Assembly: GCA_040900375.1 (NCBI GenBank)
Contig: JBBDZC010000008.1
Span: 2,182-66,181 of the forward strand
Direction of reading: 5' to 3'
Length of the DNA stretch: 64,000 nucleotides
Origin: Candidatus Anderseniibacteriota bacterium
Lineage (GTDB): Bacteria > Patescibacteriota > Andersenbacteria > UBA10190
Shown here: one piece after another, positions 10,236 to 22,302 of the stretch
How the letters are laid out: every line of letters starts with the position of its first letter
How positions within the stretch are numbered: position 1 is the stretch's first letter
Translations under genes and position numbers: made by a program
The notes under the pieces: generated by a model
Told to the model about the DNA's origin: nothing
The model's input: the letters and a program-made list of their open reading frames with translations, nothing else
The model's database searches: none

Positions 10236-10871
10236 ATGAAACACGCCCCTACCTTTGAGTATGAACACCTGTACTGGCAACAGGATATAGCGCAGATTGC
10301 CGGCATTGATGAAGCGGGCATGGGAGCCCTCGCCGGACCGGTGGTCGCGGCAGCAGTTATTCTACCCCCAGATTTCTCTGTACCTGGCGTGCGCGACAGC
10401 AAGACACTTTCTGTCCGGCAACGAGAGCTACTTGTTGTCGCTATTCAACAACAGGCCCTCGCCTGGGCAGTTGGCCAAGCGTCCGTGGCTGAAATTACCA
10501 CTCTTAATATTCGCCGGGCTGCCCATCTTGCGATGCAGCGCGCCGTTGATCAACTGCTACCTCAGCCCCTCTTATTATTAGTTGACGGCAACCCCTGCCA
10601 GCCCCATCCGACAATCCCCGCCTCGACTCTCGTTAAGGGTGATATATGTTCAACTTCGATCGCCGCGGCGAGTATTGTTGCCAAGGTTCACCGCGATCAG
10701 ATCATGGTTAAGCTGGACCAGGAATGGCCCCAGTATGGCTTTGCCCAACACAAAGGATACGGCAGTCAGGCGCACCTGGCCGCTTTAGCCACACACGGTG
10801 CCTGTTCCCATCATCGCCCGACTTATGCCCCTGTCGCCCACCTCTTGACACCAGCATCAGAAGTGTCGTAA
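10236..10871 (+). CDS. rnhB: ribonuclease HII
   Basis: GIDEAGxG.LAGPV, DSK, DG, KGD, SIAAASIVAKV.RD, HKGYG. Confidence 0.97.
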   Translation: MKHAPTFEYEHLYWQQDIAQIAGIDEAGMGALAGPVVAAAVILPPDFSVPGVRDSKTLSVRQRELLVVAIQQQALAWAVGQASVAEITTLNIRRAAHLAMQRAVDQLLPQPLLLLVDGNPCQPHPTIPASTLVKGDICSTSIAAASIVAKVHRDQIMVKLDQEWPQYGFAQHKGYGSQAHLAALATHGACSHHRPTYAPVAHLLTPASEVS

Positions 10872-10889
10872 GTTTAAATTCCTAAAACT

Positions 10890-11132
10890 ATGGCCGTACC
10901 AAAGAAGCGAACCAGTAAAGCCTCACGCAACATGCGCCGCAGCCACCACGCGAAACAGCTGGTGCGCCTGGCTACCTGCGCCCGTTGTCACCAATTAGTT
11001 CCGAGTCACATAGCTTGTCCCCAGTGCGGCACATACCAGGGCCGTGACGTTATTGATGTGTTGCGCAAATTGAGCAAAAAGGAACGTAAGGCCAGGGAGC
11101 AAGAGCAAGCTGCTCAAGATTCGTCTCGCTAG
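10890..11132 (+). CDS. rpmF: 50S ribosomal protein L32
   Basis: MAVPKKRTSK...RRSH, CxxC...HxxCxxCG zinc ribbon. Confidence 0.97.
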   Translation: MAVPKKRTSKASRNMRRSHHAKQLVRLATCARCHQLVPSHIACPQCGTYQGRDVIDVLRKLSKKERKAREQEQAAQDSSR

Positions 11133-11242
11133 CCGTGGGTAAGTAAAGAGGATAGATACGATTCATTGTCAAATTCTTTTGACAAGACAGGTGTTTTTCG
11201 GTATACAGTCTACAGTCCTGAACGTTCACACTCTAGTATTTT

Positions 11243-11680
11243 ATGGCTAATCGTCATTTAAGTCGCTCCGTCGCCTTACAAAGTCTTTTTGAGTGGGACT
11301 TTAAGGGCCAACGCAAGGGCAGTCTGCAGACGATTACTCGCTACAATATTGCAGAATTTGCGCCCGGCATGGAAGATACTGATTTTATCTTTGATGTCGT
11401 CATGGGGGTACACAAGCATCTGGCCGATATTGATGCGCTCATTGTTGAATCGGCACCGGACTGGCCGCTGGAGCAAATTACTAATGTGGACCGTAATGTC
11501 CTGCGCATTGGTATTTACGAACTCAAGTTTGCGCATGCAGACGACGTACCCCCCAAAGTGGCCATCAATGAGTCAATTGAGTTGGCGAAAACGTTTGGCG
11601 GGGCGAGCTCGGGTAAGTTTGTGAACGGTGTTTTGGGCACTATTTATAAGAAAATGGGGGAGCCACGCAAGAATGAGTAA
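11243..11680 (+). CDS. nusB: transcription antitermination factor NusB
   Basis: [40 protein letters not shown]. Confidence 0.97.
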   Translation: MANRHLSRSVALQSLFEWDFKGQRKGSLQTITRYNIAEFAPGMEDTDFIFDVVMGVHKHLADIDALIVESAPDWPLEQITNVDRNVLRIGIYELKFAHADDVPPKVAINESIELAKTFGGASSGKFVNGVLGTIYKKMGEPRKNE

Positions 11681-11804
11681 GTTAATTTTAACTTAAATAA
11701 TCTTTAATTCTTATTTACTAAATCACTTGTGCGATTATTCATTTTCCACCAGCGCCCTGTCCTGGCTGATGAGTAATGAGTAATTGGACTACAGAACACA
11801 CGTT

Positions 11805-12509
11805 ATGAGTCCTGCTAAAGATTTACAGCCATTGGAAAAAAAATTAGGCGCGATATTTACGAACAAGGACATCTTGCGTCAGGCCTTGGTGCATCGCTCG
11901 TATTTAAACGAGAATCCCCGTTTCCCCCTAGGGCACAATGAGCGCCTTGAATTCCTGGGTGACGCAGTCCTAGAGCTGGTGGTGACTGATCATCTTTATC
12001 AGCACTACGACCTATCGGAAGGAGAATTAACTAACCTGCGGGCGGCGATTGTCCGCGGGGAAATGCTCTCGAAAATTGCGGAGGAGTTAGCGCTTGACCT
12101 TTATTTACTCCTCTCACGCGGTGAACGAAAGGATACCGGTAAGGCCCGTCAATATATCCTGGCCAATGCGGTTGAAGCCGTCATTGGTGCACTCTATGTC
12201 GATCAAGGCTACGCTGCGGCGCAAACCCTCATCGATCGGGTGATTATTGCCAAGCTGCCCGAGGTGATTGCACAAGGGCTGCACATCGATACTAAAAGCC
12301 GATTCCAGGAATTAGCCCAGGAAAAATTCCGCATTACGCCAACCTATGAAGTCATGCGTGAGGAAGGCTTGGATCATGCTAAACATTTTGTGGTAGGGGT
12401 ATTCTTAGGTGATAAAAAAATGGGTGAGGGGGCAGGCAGCAGTAAACAGGAAGCGCAACAGCAAGCAGCTAAACAAGCGCTGATACAACTCGAGGAAGCT
12501 GCACTATAG
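11805..12509 (+). CDS. rnc: ribonuclease III
   Basis: HRSY, NERLEFLGDAVL, EAVIGALY.D, C-terminal dsRBD. Confidence 0.98.
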   Translation: MSPAKDLQPLEKKLGAIFTNKDILRQALVHRSYLNENPRFPLGHNERLEFLGDAVLELVVTDHLYQHYDLSEGELTNLRAAIVRGEMLSKIAEELALDLYLLLSRGERKDTGKARQYILANAVEAVIGALYVDQGYAAAQTLIDRVIIAKLPEVIAQGLHIDTKSRFQELAQEKFRITPTYEVMREEGLDHAKHFVVGVFLGDKKMGEGAGSSKQEAQQQAAKQALIQLEEAAL

Positions 12510-12620
12510 TTATTTCCCTGTACCTCCGAGCGTGCCTGGCTGAAGTCGAAGTCTTGGTGTTGTATGCTGGGAGATTGGCGAGCTTGACGCTTAGGATAAG
12601 CTCTCTTACTATCACTCCAC

Positions 12621-12953
12621 ATGTTAAAGATGCGTTTACAACGCCGAGGGAAGAACAAGTACGCTACGTACCGCGTCGTCGTGGCCCAGCACCATGCTCC
12701 CATTAAAGGCCGCTTTATTGCTGATGTGGGTTTCTATAATCCCCACACCGATGCGTTTCGGGTTGACGCCACGAAGGTGGCAACGTGGCTCAAACAAGGA
12801 GTACAGCCTTCGGCCACCGTGCACAATTTATTGGTTACCCACGGCTTACTGAAAGCAGAAAAAGTGAAAATTTGGCAACCACCAGCAGTAACTCCACCGC
12901 TAACGGCAGCGGCAGCACCAGTAGCCGACAAACGGAGCGAAACAGGAGTATAA
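12621..12953 (+). CDS. rpsP: 30S ribosomal protein S16
   Basis: MLKMRLQR.G....YRVVV, GFYNP, WL.QG.QPS.TV. Confidence 0.96.
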   Translation: MLKMRLQRRGKNKYATYRVVVAQHHAPIKGRFIADVGFYNPHTDAFRVDATKVATWLKQGVQPSATVHNLLVTHGLLKAEKVKIWQPPAVTPPLTAAAAPVADKRSETGV

Positions 12954-13148
12954 AGGCTTTTTCGGCGCCAGGTGGGGAAATACCACCGGTGCAGCGCGGC
13001 ATTGATTTCTGGGGAAAACTTTGCTATAGTGATTTTATCCGATCGCAACGTTGACTAAAATCGCTTCGGTCGAACGATTCAGTACTCTTGCAGTACCGGC
13101 GGTTGCATCGGTTGTACACATGTTAATCAGTAACGAAGCTTACGCGAT

Positions 13149-13511
13149 ATGGCAGATGAACGACCAAGCCATGATCAGGAGTTCGTCGAATATGTGGTCA
13201 AATCCATTGTCGACCATCCTGATGATGTCAAAGTTGATCGCACGGTTGATGAGATGGGAGTACTCATTACCCTCTCGGTGAATCCGGAGGACATGGGGCA
13301 AGTTATTGGCCGCCAGGGCGCTACCGCCAAATCAGTGCGCACGCTCCTGCGAGTGATTGGCGCCAAGAATAACGCCCGCGTCAACCTCAAGATTAGTGAG
13401 CCAGAAGGTTCCGAACGCCGCAGTGAAATGCCGAGCGAACCCCCCGCGACACCAAGCGAGGAACAACCTCGCCAATCGGTGGAAGAGGCGATTGATGATC
13501 TTAAGCTGTAG
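13149..13511 (+). CDS. khpA: KH-domain RNA-binding protein KhpA
   Basis: DMGQVIGRQG.TAKS.RTLL KH motif; position after rpsP. Confidence 0.93.
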   Translation: MADERPSHDQEFVEYVVKSIVDHPDDVKVDRTVDEMGVLITLSVNPEDMGQVIGRQGATAKSVRTLLRVIGAKNNARVNLKISEPEGSERRSEMPSEPPATPSEEQPRQSVEEAIDDLKL

Positions 13512-13536
13512 CCTGCAACTATACGTTAATAGAGAA

Positions 13537-13565
13537 CAACACCCGCCCCTAGTGGCGGGTGTTTG
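13537..13565 (+). terminator. hairpin terminator after khpA
   Basis: AACACCCGCC/GGCGGGTGTT stem. Confidence 0.55.
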
Positions 13566-13684
13566 GTAGGAAGAAATAAGTTTTCCTAAGATTTGGACAA
13601 AGTATACATTCGCTCTATACTTAAAGTCGTAGTCTTAACTTCCTTCAGCCGCAGGGGATATTCTATTATTCTTATTACACTGTC

Positions 13685-15919
13685 ATGCTGACAAATTCTC
13701 CACGCTCTACGCCAAGCTCTTTCTCGCCGCCACCGGCGCAGTCGCGGTCCTTACTGAAGCTCGTTTTAGTGGTGGTGGGCCTGCTGGTGATTGGAGCGGC
13801 AGTATATATTGCTACGACCGCTTTACCCGATGATTCGTCAGTATCGCCTAATCGGGCAACTGAACCGCAGATTCCGCCGCTGGCAACCATGGGAAGTAAT
13901 AACCCCGCTGATTCTGCCGCCATTGCCGCTCACAATGTTTCTTTTGCTGACCTGACTCATGATTTATCACCGGAGCAGGTAATCCAAACCATCAATGAGC
14001 GCTTAGGGTTGAGTACGGCGGATGCAGATAACGACGGATTGTCGAATGCGGCAGAAGTTCTAATTTATGGCACTAACCCGCGCTATTTTGATACTGATGT
14101 TGATGGGGCCACTGACGGCAGCGAAGTCGAAGGCAATACTAATCCACTACTCGCTGCCAATACCTGGACAGACGAAGAAAGAGAAGTAATCAAATCCCGC
14201 ATCGCGTACTGGGGCACTGATTTTTCTCTTTCTCCCATCCAGCGCGCGCAATCAAGTCGCGATATTAATCGTTTAGCTCATGCTGGCCAAATTCGAGTGT
14301 TGCTCGCCCTCTACTACGAGGAACATGCTGCCTACCCCCGCGCTCCTTCCTGGGAACAAGCCTGGGAAATACTCAAGACGAACGATGCCGGCGGAATGTT
14401 CTCGCACGGACACATTAATAGTAAGTGGAAAGAGGGCATGTTTGATCCGCTCAATTTGGCGCCTTTTGTTTACACGTATACCACTGATGCCCAAGGCTCG
14501 GCCTTTACATTTACCTATGCTGTCGAAGGCGAGCAAGTGCTCTACACCTTCACTGACGCGCGCGGAGAGCCGGGGGAAGTGAGTAAGCAGCTGTTGTCCA
14601 ATGTATCTGCACCTGCAGCAGTTAGTCGTATATTGCCACTGCGTCAGGTTAAGCAGATTTTACACGCCCTGGTACCGACAGCGTTAGCGTTACATGTTCC
14701 CGTCACGGATCTCTACGTAGACTCTGTCTATACTACCGATGGGGTACGCGTCGAAGTATACCAATGGGAAGGCAACACCTTCTGGCGCGACTATGCTATG
14801 ACCCACACGGTGGCGCAACTGAAAAATCATTTTCTGATTGCGGCTTCGGTTTACCAACCGCCTGGTTATTGTGATCAGATTGGCTGCTTCTGCAACAATG
14901 GCTCGACGCTCATTTTTGCCCGTAACAATTCCCAGTGCCAGGGCGGCGTCGCGGTTCCCCGCGAGAATACGGTCAAGGCTGGTCAGCCATTTGCGGCAGT
15001 CGTTAACCTCGTGAATACCGGTACCAGTACCTGGCGGACAGATGCTACGCCGCACCGCTTGGGCTCATCTTCGCCTCGCGATAACAATCTCTTCTGGGGC
15101 GTGGATCGTATCAGCTTAGGCAGCCGGGAAATTCATCCACAGGGATCAGTGGACTTCAACTTCACCGCTGTGGCCCCGACCAAACCTGGCACCTACAATT
15201 TTGACTGGGAAATGCTCGAAGAAGGCATCGAGTGGTTTGGCCAAGTCTGTAAAAAGCCATTAACAGTTGTTGCAGCCCAGTGCGCTGACACAGTAGATAA
15301 CGACGGTGATGGAGTCATTGATGCGGCTGATCCTGGTTGTCACACCGATGGCAACGCCAATAATGCTGCTTCGTATGATCCCCTTGATGATGATGAATTT
15401 AACCCTCTACCCTCATCACCGAGTCCTAGTGCTTCACCCAGTGTCAGCCCAAGTTCCTCGCCTTTAAGTGCGAGACCCGGGGTGGACTTAAAGGCAAAGG
15501 CTAAGGACGGAGACGTACCCAGCGACGCACTCACTGTCACCCGCAATAGCCGCGCCACGCTTAGCTGGACAACAACAAATGATGCGACCACGTGTAATGC
15601 CTCGGGAGCTTGGACTGGTAGTAAACTGCCCACAGGCTCGGAACAAACACCGCCGCTGACTGGCACGGTTACCTATACCTTACGCTGCGAAGGATCAGGC
15701 GGTATAAGTGACCCTGATAGCGTAACGGTTACGGTAGTGTCTGCTACATCAACACAATGTAGTGATAGCAAAGATAATGACGGTGACGGCAAGATTGATT
15801 GCGCTGATCCGGGTTGTCGCACCCGACCGGCTGACCCGGCCACGTGTGACCCAACTAAGAATAGTGAAGTAGACCCCGTGTTAAGCCCCGGTCCCATTCA
15901 GGAAACGGACGCGCCGTAG
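13685..15919 (+). CDS. mosaic surface protein: TM anchor, DxDxDG Ca-binding repeats, pilin-like segment, NBR1-type Ig domain, Cys-bridged DNDGDG modules
   Basis: DADNDGLSNAAE/DTDVDGATDG; RDINRL...I...L.LYY.....YP; N.GT.TW...AP.KPGTY...W.M...WFG; QC.D..DNDGDG.ID.ADPGC twice; S/P linker. Confidence 0.8.
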   Translation: MLTNSPRSTPSSFSPPPAQSRSLLKLVLVVVGLLVIGAAVYIATTALPDDSSVSPNRATEPQIPPLATMGSNNPADSAAIAAHNVSFADLTHDLSPEQVIQTINERLGLSTADADNDGLSNAAEVLIYGTNPRYFDTDVDGATDGSEVEGNTNPLLAANTWTDEEREVIKSRIAYWGTDFSLSPIQRAQSSRDINRLAHAGQIRVLLALYYEEHAAYPRAPSWEQAWEILKTNDAGGMFSHGHINSKWKEGMFDPLNLAPFVYTYTTDAQGSAFTFTYAVEGEQVLYTFTDARGEPGEVSKQLLSNVSAPAAVSRILPLRQVKQILHALVPTALALHVPVTDLYVDSVYTTDGVRVEVYQWEGNTFWRDYAMTHTVAQLKNHFLIAASVYQPPGYCDQIGCFCNNGSTLIFARNNSQCQGGVAVPRENTVKAGQPFAAVVNLVNTGTSTWRTDATPHRLGSSSPRDNNLFWGVDRISLGSREIHPQGSVDFNFTAVAPTKPGTYNFDWEMLEEGIEWFGQVCKKPLTVVAAQCADTVDNDGDGVIDAADPGCHTDGNANNAASYDPLDDDEFNPLPSSPSPSASPSVSPSSSPLSARPGVDLKAKAKDGDVPSDALTVTRNSRATLSWTTTNDATTCNASGAWTGSKLPTGSEQTPPLTGTVTYTLRCEGSGGISDPDSVTVTVVSATSTQCSDSKDNDGDGKIDCADPGCRTRPADPATCDPTKNSEVDPVLSPGPIQETDAP

Positions 15920-15964
15920 CAGGCTCGTTGGTTAATCAAAAAACGCATGCTACGCTACGGGAGC

Positions 15965-16663
15965 ATGCGTTTTGATATTTTAACCTTATTCCCGGAGAGC
16001 ATTGCTCCCTATACTCGCGCGAGCATTATGGGACGGGCGGTCAGTAGTGGCCACATTGATGTTCGTCTGCACAACATTCGCGACTATGCGCTGGACAAGC
16101 ACCGCACCACTGACGATACACCGTACGGCGGCGGGGCTGGCATGGTGATGAAAGTGGAACCAATTTACGAGGCCTTAGCCCATATTTTGCCTGACCCCGT
16201 CGCGCGCACGAACGAGCAGCACGTTGTATTGCTCTCGGCGCGCGGGCGCCAATTTACGCAGTCGCGCGCCCAGGCATTCGCACAGCAGTTTCGTCACCTT
16301 GTGCTCATCTGCGGGCGGTACGAAGGGGTGGACCAGCGCGTGGCTGATCACCTGGCGGATGAAGAGTTATCGATCGGCCCCTATGTTCTGGCGGGAGGAG
16401 AACTCGCGGCACTCGTCGTGGTAGAAACAGCGGTTCGTCTTATCCCCGGTGTTCTCGGTAATCCTGACTCTCTGGTGGAAGAATCATTCAACCTGCCGGC
16501 GGACAAAGTGTCCCTACCCACGGGGCCGATAGGTGAGTATCCCCAGTACACCAAACCAGAAGAGTATCGCGGTTGGAAAGTGCCGCCGGTGTTGCTCTCG
16601 GGCAATCATGAGAAGATTCAACAGTGGCGCAGAGCGCAGCGTACGGCCACTCCGGAAGCCTAA
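15965..16663 (+). CDS. trmD: tRNA (guanine-N1)-methyltransferase TrmD
   Basis: MRFDILTLFPE, DDTPYGGGAGMVM, ICGRYEGVDQRV, SIG.YVL.GGE, PQYT, LLSGNH. Confidence 0.98.
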   Translation: MRFDILTLFPESIAPYTRASIMGRAVSSGHIDVRLHNIRDYALDKHRTTDDTPYGGGAGMVMKVEPIYEALAHILPDPVARTNEQHVVLLSARGRQFTQSRAQAFAQQFRHLVLICGRYEGVDQRVADHLADEELSIGPYVLAGGELAALVVVETAVRLIPGVLGNPDSLVEESFNLPADKVSLPTGPIGEYPQYTKPEEYRGWKVPPVLLSGNHEKIQQWRRAQRTATPEA

Positions 16664-16723
16664 CTTTTCCCGTATCTCGGCAGCGGCTTTGCACTTTTCA
16701 CGTTACGCTTTACTCTAAAGGCC

Positions 16724-17164
16724 ATGTCCATACCCCTCTTCGTTATTCCAATTATCTGCGGTCTGCTCGCCCAAGCGCTCAAGCCTTTCATCAATCAACA
16801 GTGGTATGCGACAATGTCGCCGGATGGCAAAAAACTACCGCGCTATGGCGGTATGCCGAGCGCCCATTCCGCTTTTGCTTTTTCGATTGCGACGATTATC
16901 GGGGTGACCGATGGTATTTTTTCTACGACCTTTATTATTGCTATGGCGTTGCTCGTGCTGATTCTCGATGATGCCCTGCGCATGCGCATTTTCTTGAGCC
17001 GCCATGGGCAAGCGCTGCGCCGGCTCATCCAAAAACTGCCAGCGGAGGAACGCCGCTCGTATCCCTACTTAGAATCTCGCTTAGGCCATAAACCGCTGGA
17101 AGTTGCCGCTGGTGGGGCCTTAGGCGTTATTGTCTCGCTGCTATTACTCTTCTTCATCCCCTAA
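16724..17164 (+). CDS. divergent PAP2 family protein (DUF212)
   Basis: AQ.LK, GGMPS.HSA, DA..R, LGH.P.EV..G. Confidence 0.9.
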   Translation: MSIPLFVIPIICGLLAQALKPFINQQWYATMSPDGKKLPRYGGMPSAHSAFAFSIATIIGVTDGIFSTTFIIAMALLVLILDDALRMRIFLSRHGQALRRLIQKLPAEERRSYPYLESRLGHKPLEVAAGGALGVIVSLLLLFFIP

Positions 17165-17171
17165 GCCTTAA

Positions 17172-17310
17172 CCTTTCGACAAGCTCAAGGTCAATCCGCC
17201 GCTCGACCCCGAGCTCACGGTCGAGGGGAAGTTTATCGAGGATTGACCCATTCGACTTACGCTTCAGGGTCAAGCTACCATTCGACCCTTAAGCGTAACG
17301 GTCGAGGGGG
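17172..17310 (+). repeat. cluster of nested REP-like palindromes
   Basis: Related units TTCGACAAGCTCAAGG, CTCGACCCCGAGCTCACGGTCGAGGG, TTCGACTTACGCTTCAGGG, TTCGACCCTTAAGCGTAACGGTCGAGGG. Confidence 0.7.
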
Positions 17311-17377
17311 GCCATATCGAAGCTGCATTGTCCCTGCACAATATACATGCTAGACTTTCAGTAAATCTTTCCTTACG

Positions 17378-17938
17378 ATGTCTATGAAGCGCTCCCGCAT
17401 TATCCTCCTCCTGATTGGCTTAAGTGTGCTTATCGCGGTAAGCCTGTTGATTGCTTTCAGCACCGACTCGGACAGTATCCCACGACAACTATCAGCCTTA
17501 ATTTCCTACCCGAACTATTCACCAGCGCCAGTAGTGGGGGCGTGCTACTATTTATCAGTAGGGGTAACCAGCTCTTGCGATGCCCCGCTTACTCAAGCCA
17601 TGTGTGAATCATTAGGTCAATCTAACGGTGGAATATTTCAATGGCATCCAGGAGGAACATGCCCACCTGATCCACTAACCACGACTAACACGTGTGCCCA
17701 AGGTGGTTACGAGCTTTTCCATGATTTCGGAAGTGTCCATTGTACCGATGCGTCGTCTGGCATGACACTTGCAGCAAGCAACTGTCTAAACGATCTTGAC
17801 GCCGAGCTTCAACAAACTGCTTGTCCGGCTGGATGTACCGCTACCTACCTTATAGGACCTGTTATCACCGATGGATATATTTATCACACCACTTCTGAAT
17901 GTACTGTTAGTTGTCAGGCGGTTATTGGGTGTCGATAA
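17378..17938 (+). CDS. Cys-rich secreted or membrane-anchored protein
   Basis: N-terminal TM/signal, about a dozen Cys. Confidence 0.75.
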   Translation: MSMKRSRIILLLIGLSVLIAVSLLIAFSTDSDSIPRQLSALISYPNYSPAPVVGACYYLSVGVTSSCDAPLTQAMCESLGQSNGGIFQWHPGGTCPPDPLTTTNTCAQGGYELFHDFGSVHCTDASSGMTLAASNCLNDLDAELQQTACPAGCTATYLIGPVITDGYIYHTTSECTVSCQAVIGCR

Positions 17939-18149
17939 GACGAGTACAAGCACCCACTACTAACCACCGTACACCAAGTGGCATACTGCAGGCCAACGAC
18001 GCTGGTAGCAACGAGAACGTAGCGGTGAAGGAGGAGGCGGAGATAGAAGAAGGGACTAGGTCCATTATATCTCATTAAGTAGGGCTAAATATTGTGAGGG
18101 CGCAAAAAGTCTTTGGGATTAGCTAATAAATTCCGATGCTTAGGCGTGC

Positions 18150-18177
18150 TTGACAGCCAATACTCTATCAGTACAAT
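18150..18177 (+). promoter_or_regulatory. sigma70 promoter for 16S
   Basis: TTGACA-16 nt-TACAAT. Confidence 0.75.
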
Positions 18178-18504
18178 AATGAAAGTAATCCTTAAGGATT
18201 CGTGATAACTGAAGAAATCCATCAATCCCTAAACGTTGCGAGCAGAAAAGAGAGAGGTGAACGTTTACTTCCCTCTTTTTTGATCGCGAAAGACTGTAAC
18301 TTTACAATTGATGACGCTACAAAAAATCGTTCCTTAAAAGAAGATGCTGGCTGCTTAGCGCAGCACTTCCCAAGGAGCGTTGCAACTGCATCATTCTGCG
18401 CGGTTGCAAACAGACTTACTGTTGTCCCCCGATGACAGTAAGTATGCCCGCCATCTTGCATATTGCGAGATGGCTGAACCATGAACCCGCCAGGGTTTAT
18501 GGTT

Positions 18505-19993
<1,489 letters not shown>

Positions 19994-20177
19994 CTAGGGA
20001 TACTGTCCTTGTGGTGTGGTATACCTGCCGCAAGGATCCTAGAAGGTCGAAAATCATTCTTTAAAGAATGATTGCTAGTAGTATGGATAGCACGTCATCC
20101 ATCTTCAAACATGTGATGTGCGCAAGCGGCAGTGTTTTGCAACCGCGCAGAGAAATGCAGTAGTGTCAGTTAAACCT

Positions 20178-20200
20178 AGCAGCCCGCGTGGGCTGTTTTT
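20178..20200 (+). terminator. terminator after 16S
   Basis: AGCAGCCC-GCGT-GGGCTGTT followed by T-run. Confidence 0.65.
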
Positions 20201-20338
20201 GGTTTACTACACGAAATTCACGAGAAAATTCCTTACCTACCTGCGAACGTCATAATGACTGTTTCCACTTGCTTTACATCACTCGTTTTCTTGCAAAAAG
20301 CTCCAAAAGACGTTTTAATATGCCATACTAGTTATCGA

Positions 20339-20412
20339 GGGTGCGTAGCTCAGTTGGTTAGAGCACTACACTGATAATGTAGAGGTCCCAAGTTCGACTC
20401 TTGGCGCACCCA
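20339..20412 (+). tRNA. tRNA-Ile(GAT), CCA not encoded
   Basis: GGGTGCG/CGCACCC acceptor; CTACA-CTGATAA-TGTAG anticodon arm. Confidence 0.97.
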
Positions 20413-20501
20413 CCCTACTACTCAACTGGCCTTTTTCCAGGAAACCCTGTTGTCTACCTTCTGGCAGTTTACTGGTGAGGCAAGTGCGCGGTGGGTAACT
20501 A

Positions 20502-21956
20502 ATGCGTTACCATACAGTCTGTATGCATTTACCGGCGGAAGTCCAATCAATCATTACGACGCTGCACCAGGCGGGGTTTGAGGCCTACGCTGTCGGCGGC
20601 TGCGTGCGTGATCTCTTGCTGCATCGAGAACCGAAAGACTGGGACGTGACGACCAAGGCTCGGCCGGAAGAGATTCAAAAATTATTTCCGCAACATTTCT
20701 ACACCAATCGTTTTGGAACAGTAACGGTGTTGACGGCGAGTAAACACGCCGCTTTGGCCCAGGTGGAAGTGACCACCTACCGTATTGACGGCAACTACAG
20801 TGACCAGCGGCATCCCGACGAAGTACGGTTTTCCACGACGTTAGAAGAGGACTTGGCGCGGCGGGATTTTACCATTAACGCAATTGCCCTCGATGAAAAT
20901 ACGGTGATTGATCCGTTTCAAGGGCAAGCTGACTTGGAACAAGGCATCATCCGCGCGGTCGGAGAGGCAAGCGAGCGCTTCCAGGAAGATGCGCTGCGCA
21001 TGCTGCGGGCAATACGGCTAGCGAGCCAGCTTGATTACACTATTGCGGCGGATACTCTACAGGCAATTGCGGCTGGAGCAGCTACGATTGCCGCTGTCTC
21101 CCCCGAGCGGGTCCGCGATGAATTCCTTAAGATTGTCATGAGTGATTATCCCGAGAAAGGATTTAACTTGTTGCAGGCAACTGGTCTCCTGCCCCTGATT
21201 CTACCCGAGTTAGCGGAAGGCGTTGGGGTCAAACAAAACAAGCACCATATCTATACCGTCTTTGAGCACAACATTAAATCACTGCAATTTGCTGCCCAGT
21301 ACAATTATTCTTTGTCCGTGCGCCTGGCGGCTTTACTCCACGATGTTGGTAAACCTCGGACTCGCCGCCGCCGGGGCAACGACTATACTTTTTACGCCCA
21401 CGAAATTGTTGGTGCCCGGATGGCAGAAAAATTACTACAGCGGCTGCGGTTGCCCCGCGAGGTTGTACAGCAGGTGACCCATCTCGTGCGCCACCACATG
21501 TTTTACTACGACGTCGGCAGGGTGACCGAAGCGGGGATGCGGCGGTTGCTGCACCGGGTGGGCCGGGAGAACTTTGCTGACCTGATTAAAGTTCGCATTG
21601 CCGAGCGTAAAGGTTCAGGTGTCCCCAAAGCCGAGCCGTACCGTCTGCGCCACTTGCAGTTTATGGCCGAAAAAGTATCCCGCCAGGCAGTGACGGTAGC
21701 CCAACTCGCTGTTAATGGCACCGATTTAATTCAAGAACTGCACCTAAAACCCGGTCCGCAAATTGGTGGCATTTTAAATGCGCTGCTGGCAGAGGTTCTA
21801 GACAACCCAGTTAAGAATGAGCGGTCGTACTTGCTCCAGCGAGCCCGTGAGCTCATTACGGCTGATCCGGAAACGCTCAAGGCGCTAGGCGAGAAAGCTC
21901 GCGACGAAGAGGAAACTAAGCGCGACGAAACTATCCGGCGAAAATACCACGTGTAG
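20502..21956 (+). CDS. cca: class II tRNA nucleotidyltransferase (CCA-adding) with HD domain
   Basis: GGCVRD...DWD, EVTTYR, EDLARRDFTINA, RFQEDALRMLR, LLHDVGK; true start may be ATG 20523. Confidence 0.93.
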   Translation: MRYHTVCMHLPAEVQSIITTLHQAGFEAYAVGGCVRDLLLHREPKDWDVTTKARPEEIQKLFPQHFYTNRFGTVTVLTASKHAALAQVEVTTYRIDGNYSDQRHPDEVRFSTTLEEDLARRDFTINAIALDENTVIDPFQGQADLEQGIIRAVGEASERFQEDALRMLRAIRLASQLDYTIAADTLQAIAAGAATIAAVSPERVRDEFLKIVMSDYPEKGFNLLQATGLLPLILPELAEGVGVKQNKHHIYTVFEHNIKSLQFAAQYNYSLSVRLAALLHDVGKPRTRRRRGNDYTFYAHEIVGARMAEKLLQRLRLPREVVQQVTHLVRHHMFYYDVGRVTEAGMRRLLHRVGRENFADLIKVRIAERKGSGVPKAEPYRLRHLQFMAEKVSRQAVTVAQLAVNGTDLIQELHLKPGPQIGGILNALLAEVLDNPVKNERSYLLQRARELITADPETLKALGEKARDEEETKRDETIRRKYHV

Positions 21957-21990
21957 GGCGTACTTTCCACTTTGTATTTTTGCTTCTAAA

Positions 21991-22248
21991 ATGAGGCGTA
22001 TGACACTTGGTAGTTTCTTCCTGGGGCTCGCCTTGATGATTATTGGCTTCTTGTGCGTTCGCAAAACTGATGCTCTCTTACGCTATTTCGGGGATATTAG
22101 CGAAGTATTTGGGCTCATCAATGCCCAGTGGATCAGTTGGAAGGTTTTTGGGGTGGCCTTAATGATTGTCGGTTTCATGGTCGCCTTTGGTCTCCTGCAG
22201 GCCTTCTTGATACTTACCATTGGTCGCCTCTTTAACTTCAGCGTCTAG
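21991..22248 (+). CDS. small membrane protein
   Basis: Hydrophobic, 2-3 TMs. Confidence 0.7.
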   Translation: MRRMTLGSFFLGLALMIIGFLCVRKTDALLRYFGDISEVFGLINAQWISWKVFGVALMIVGFMVAFGLLQAFLILTIGRLFNFSV

Positions 22249-22302
22249 TATACTGACCTTGCCAAGCAGCCGGAAAGAAGCTTCAATAGCAACGACTGCG
22301 AA

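Noticed and set aside
11166-11185. TTGTCAAA-N4-TTTGACAA operator upstream of nusB
   Set aside because: Explained by the -35 element; no second copy was seen.
17172-17310. CRISPR array
   Set aside because: Units are non-identical, there are no regular spacers, and no cas genes are in the window.
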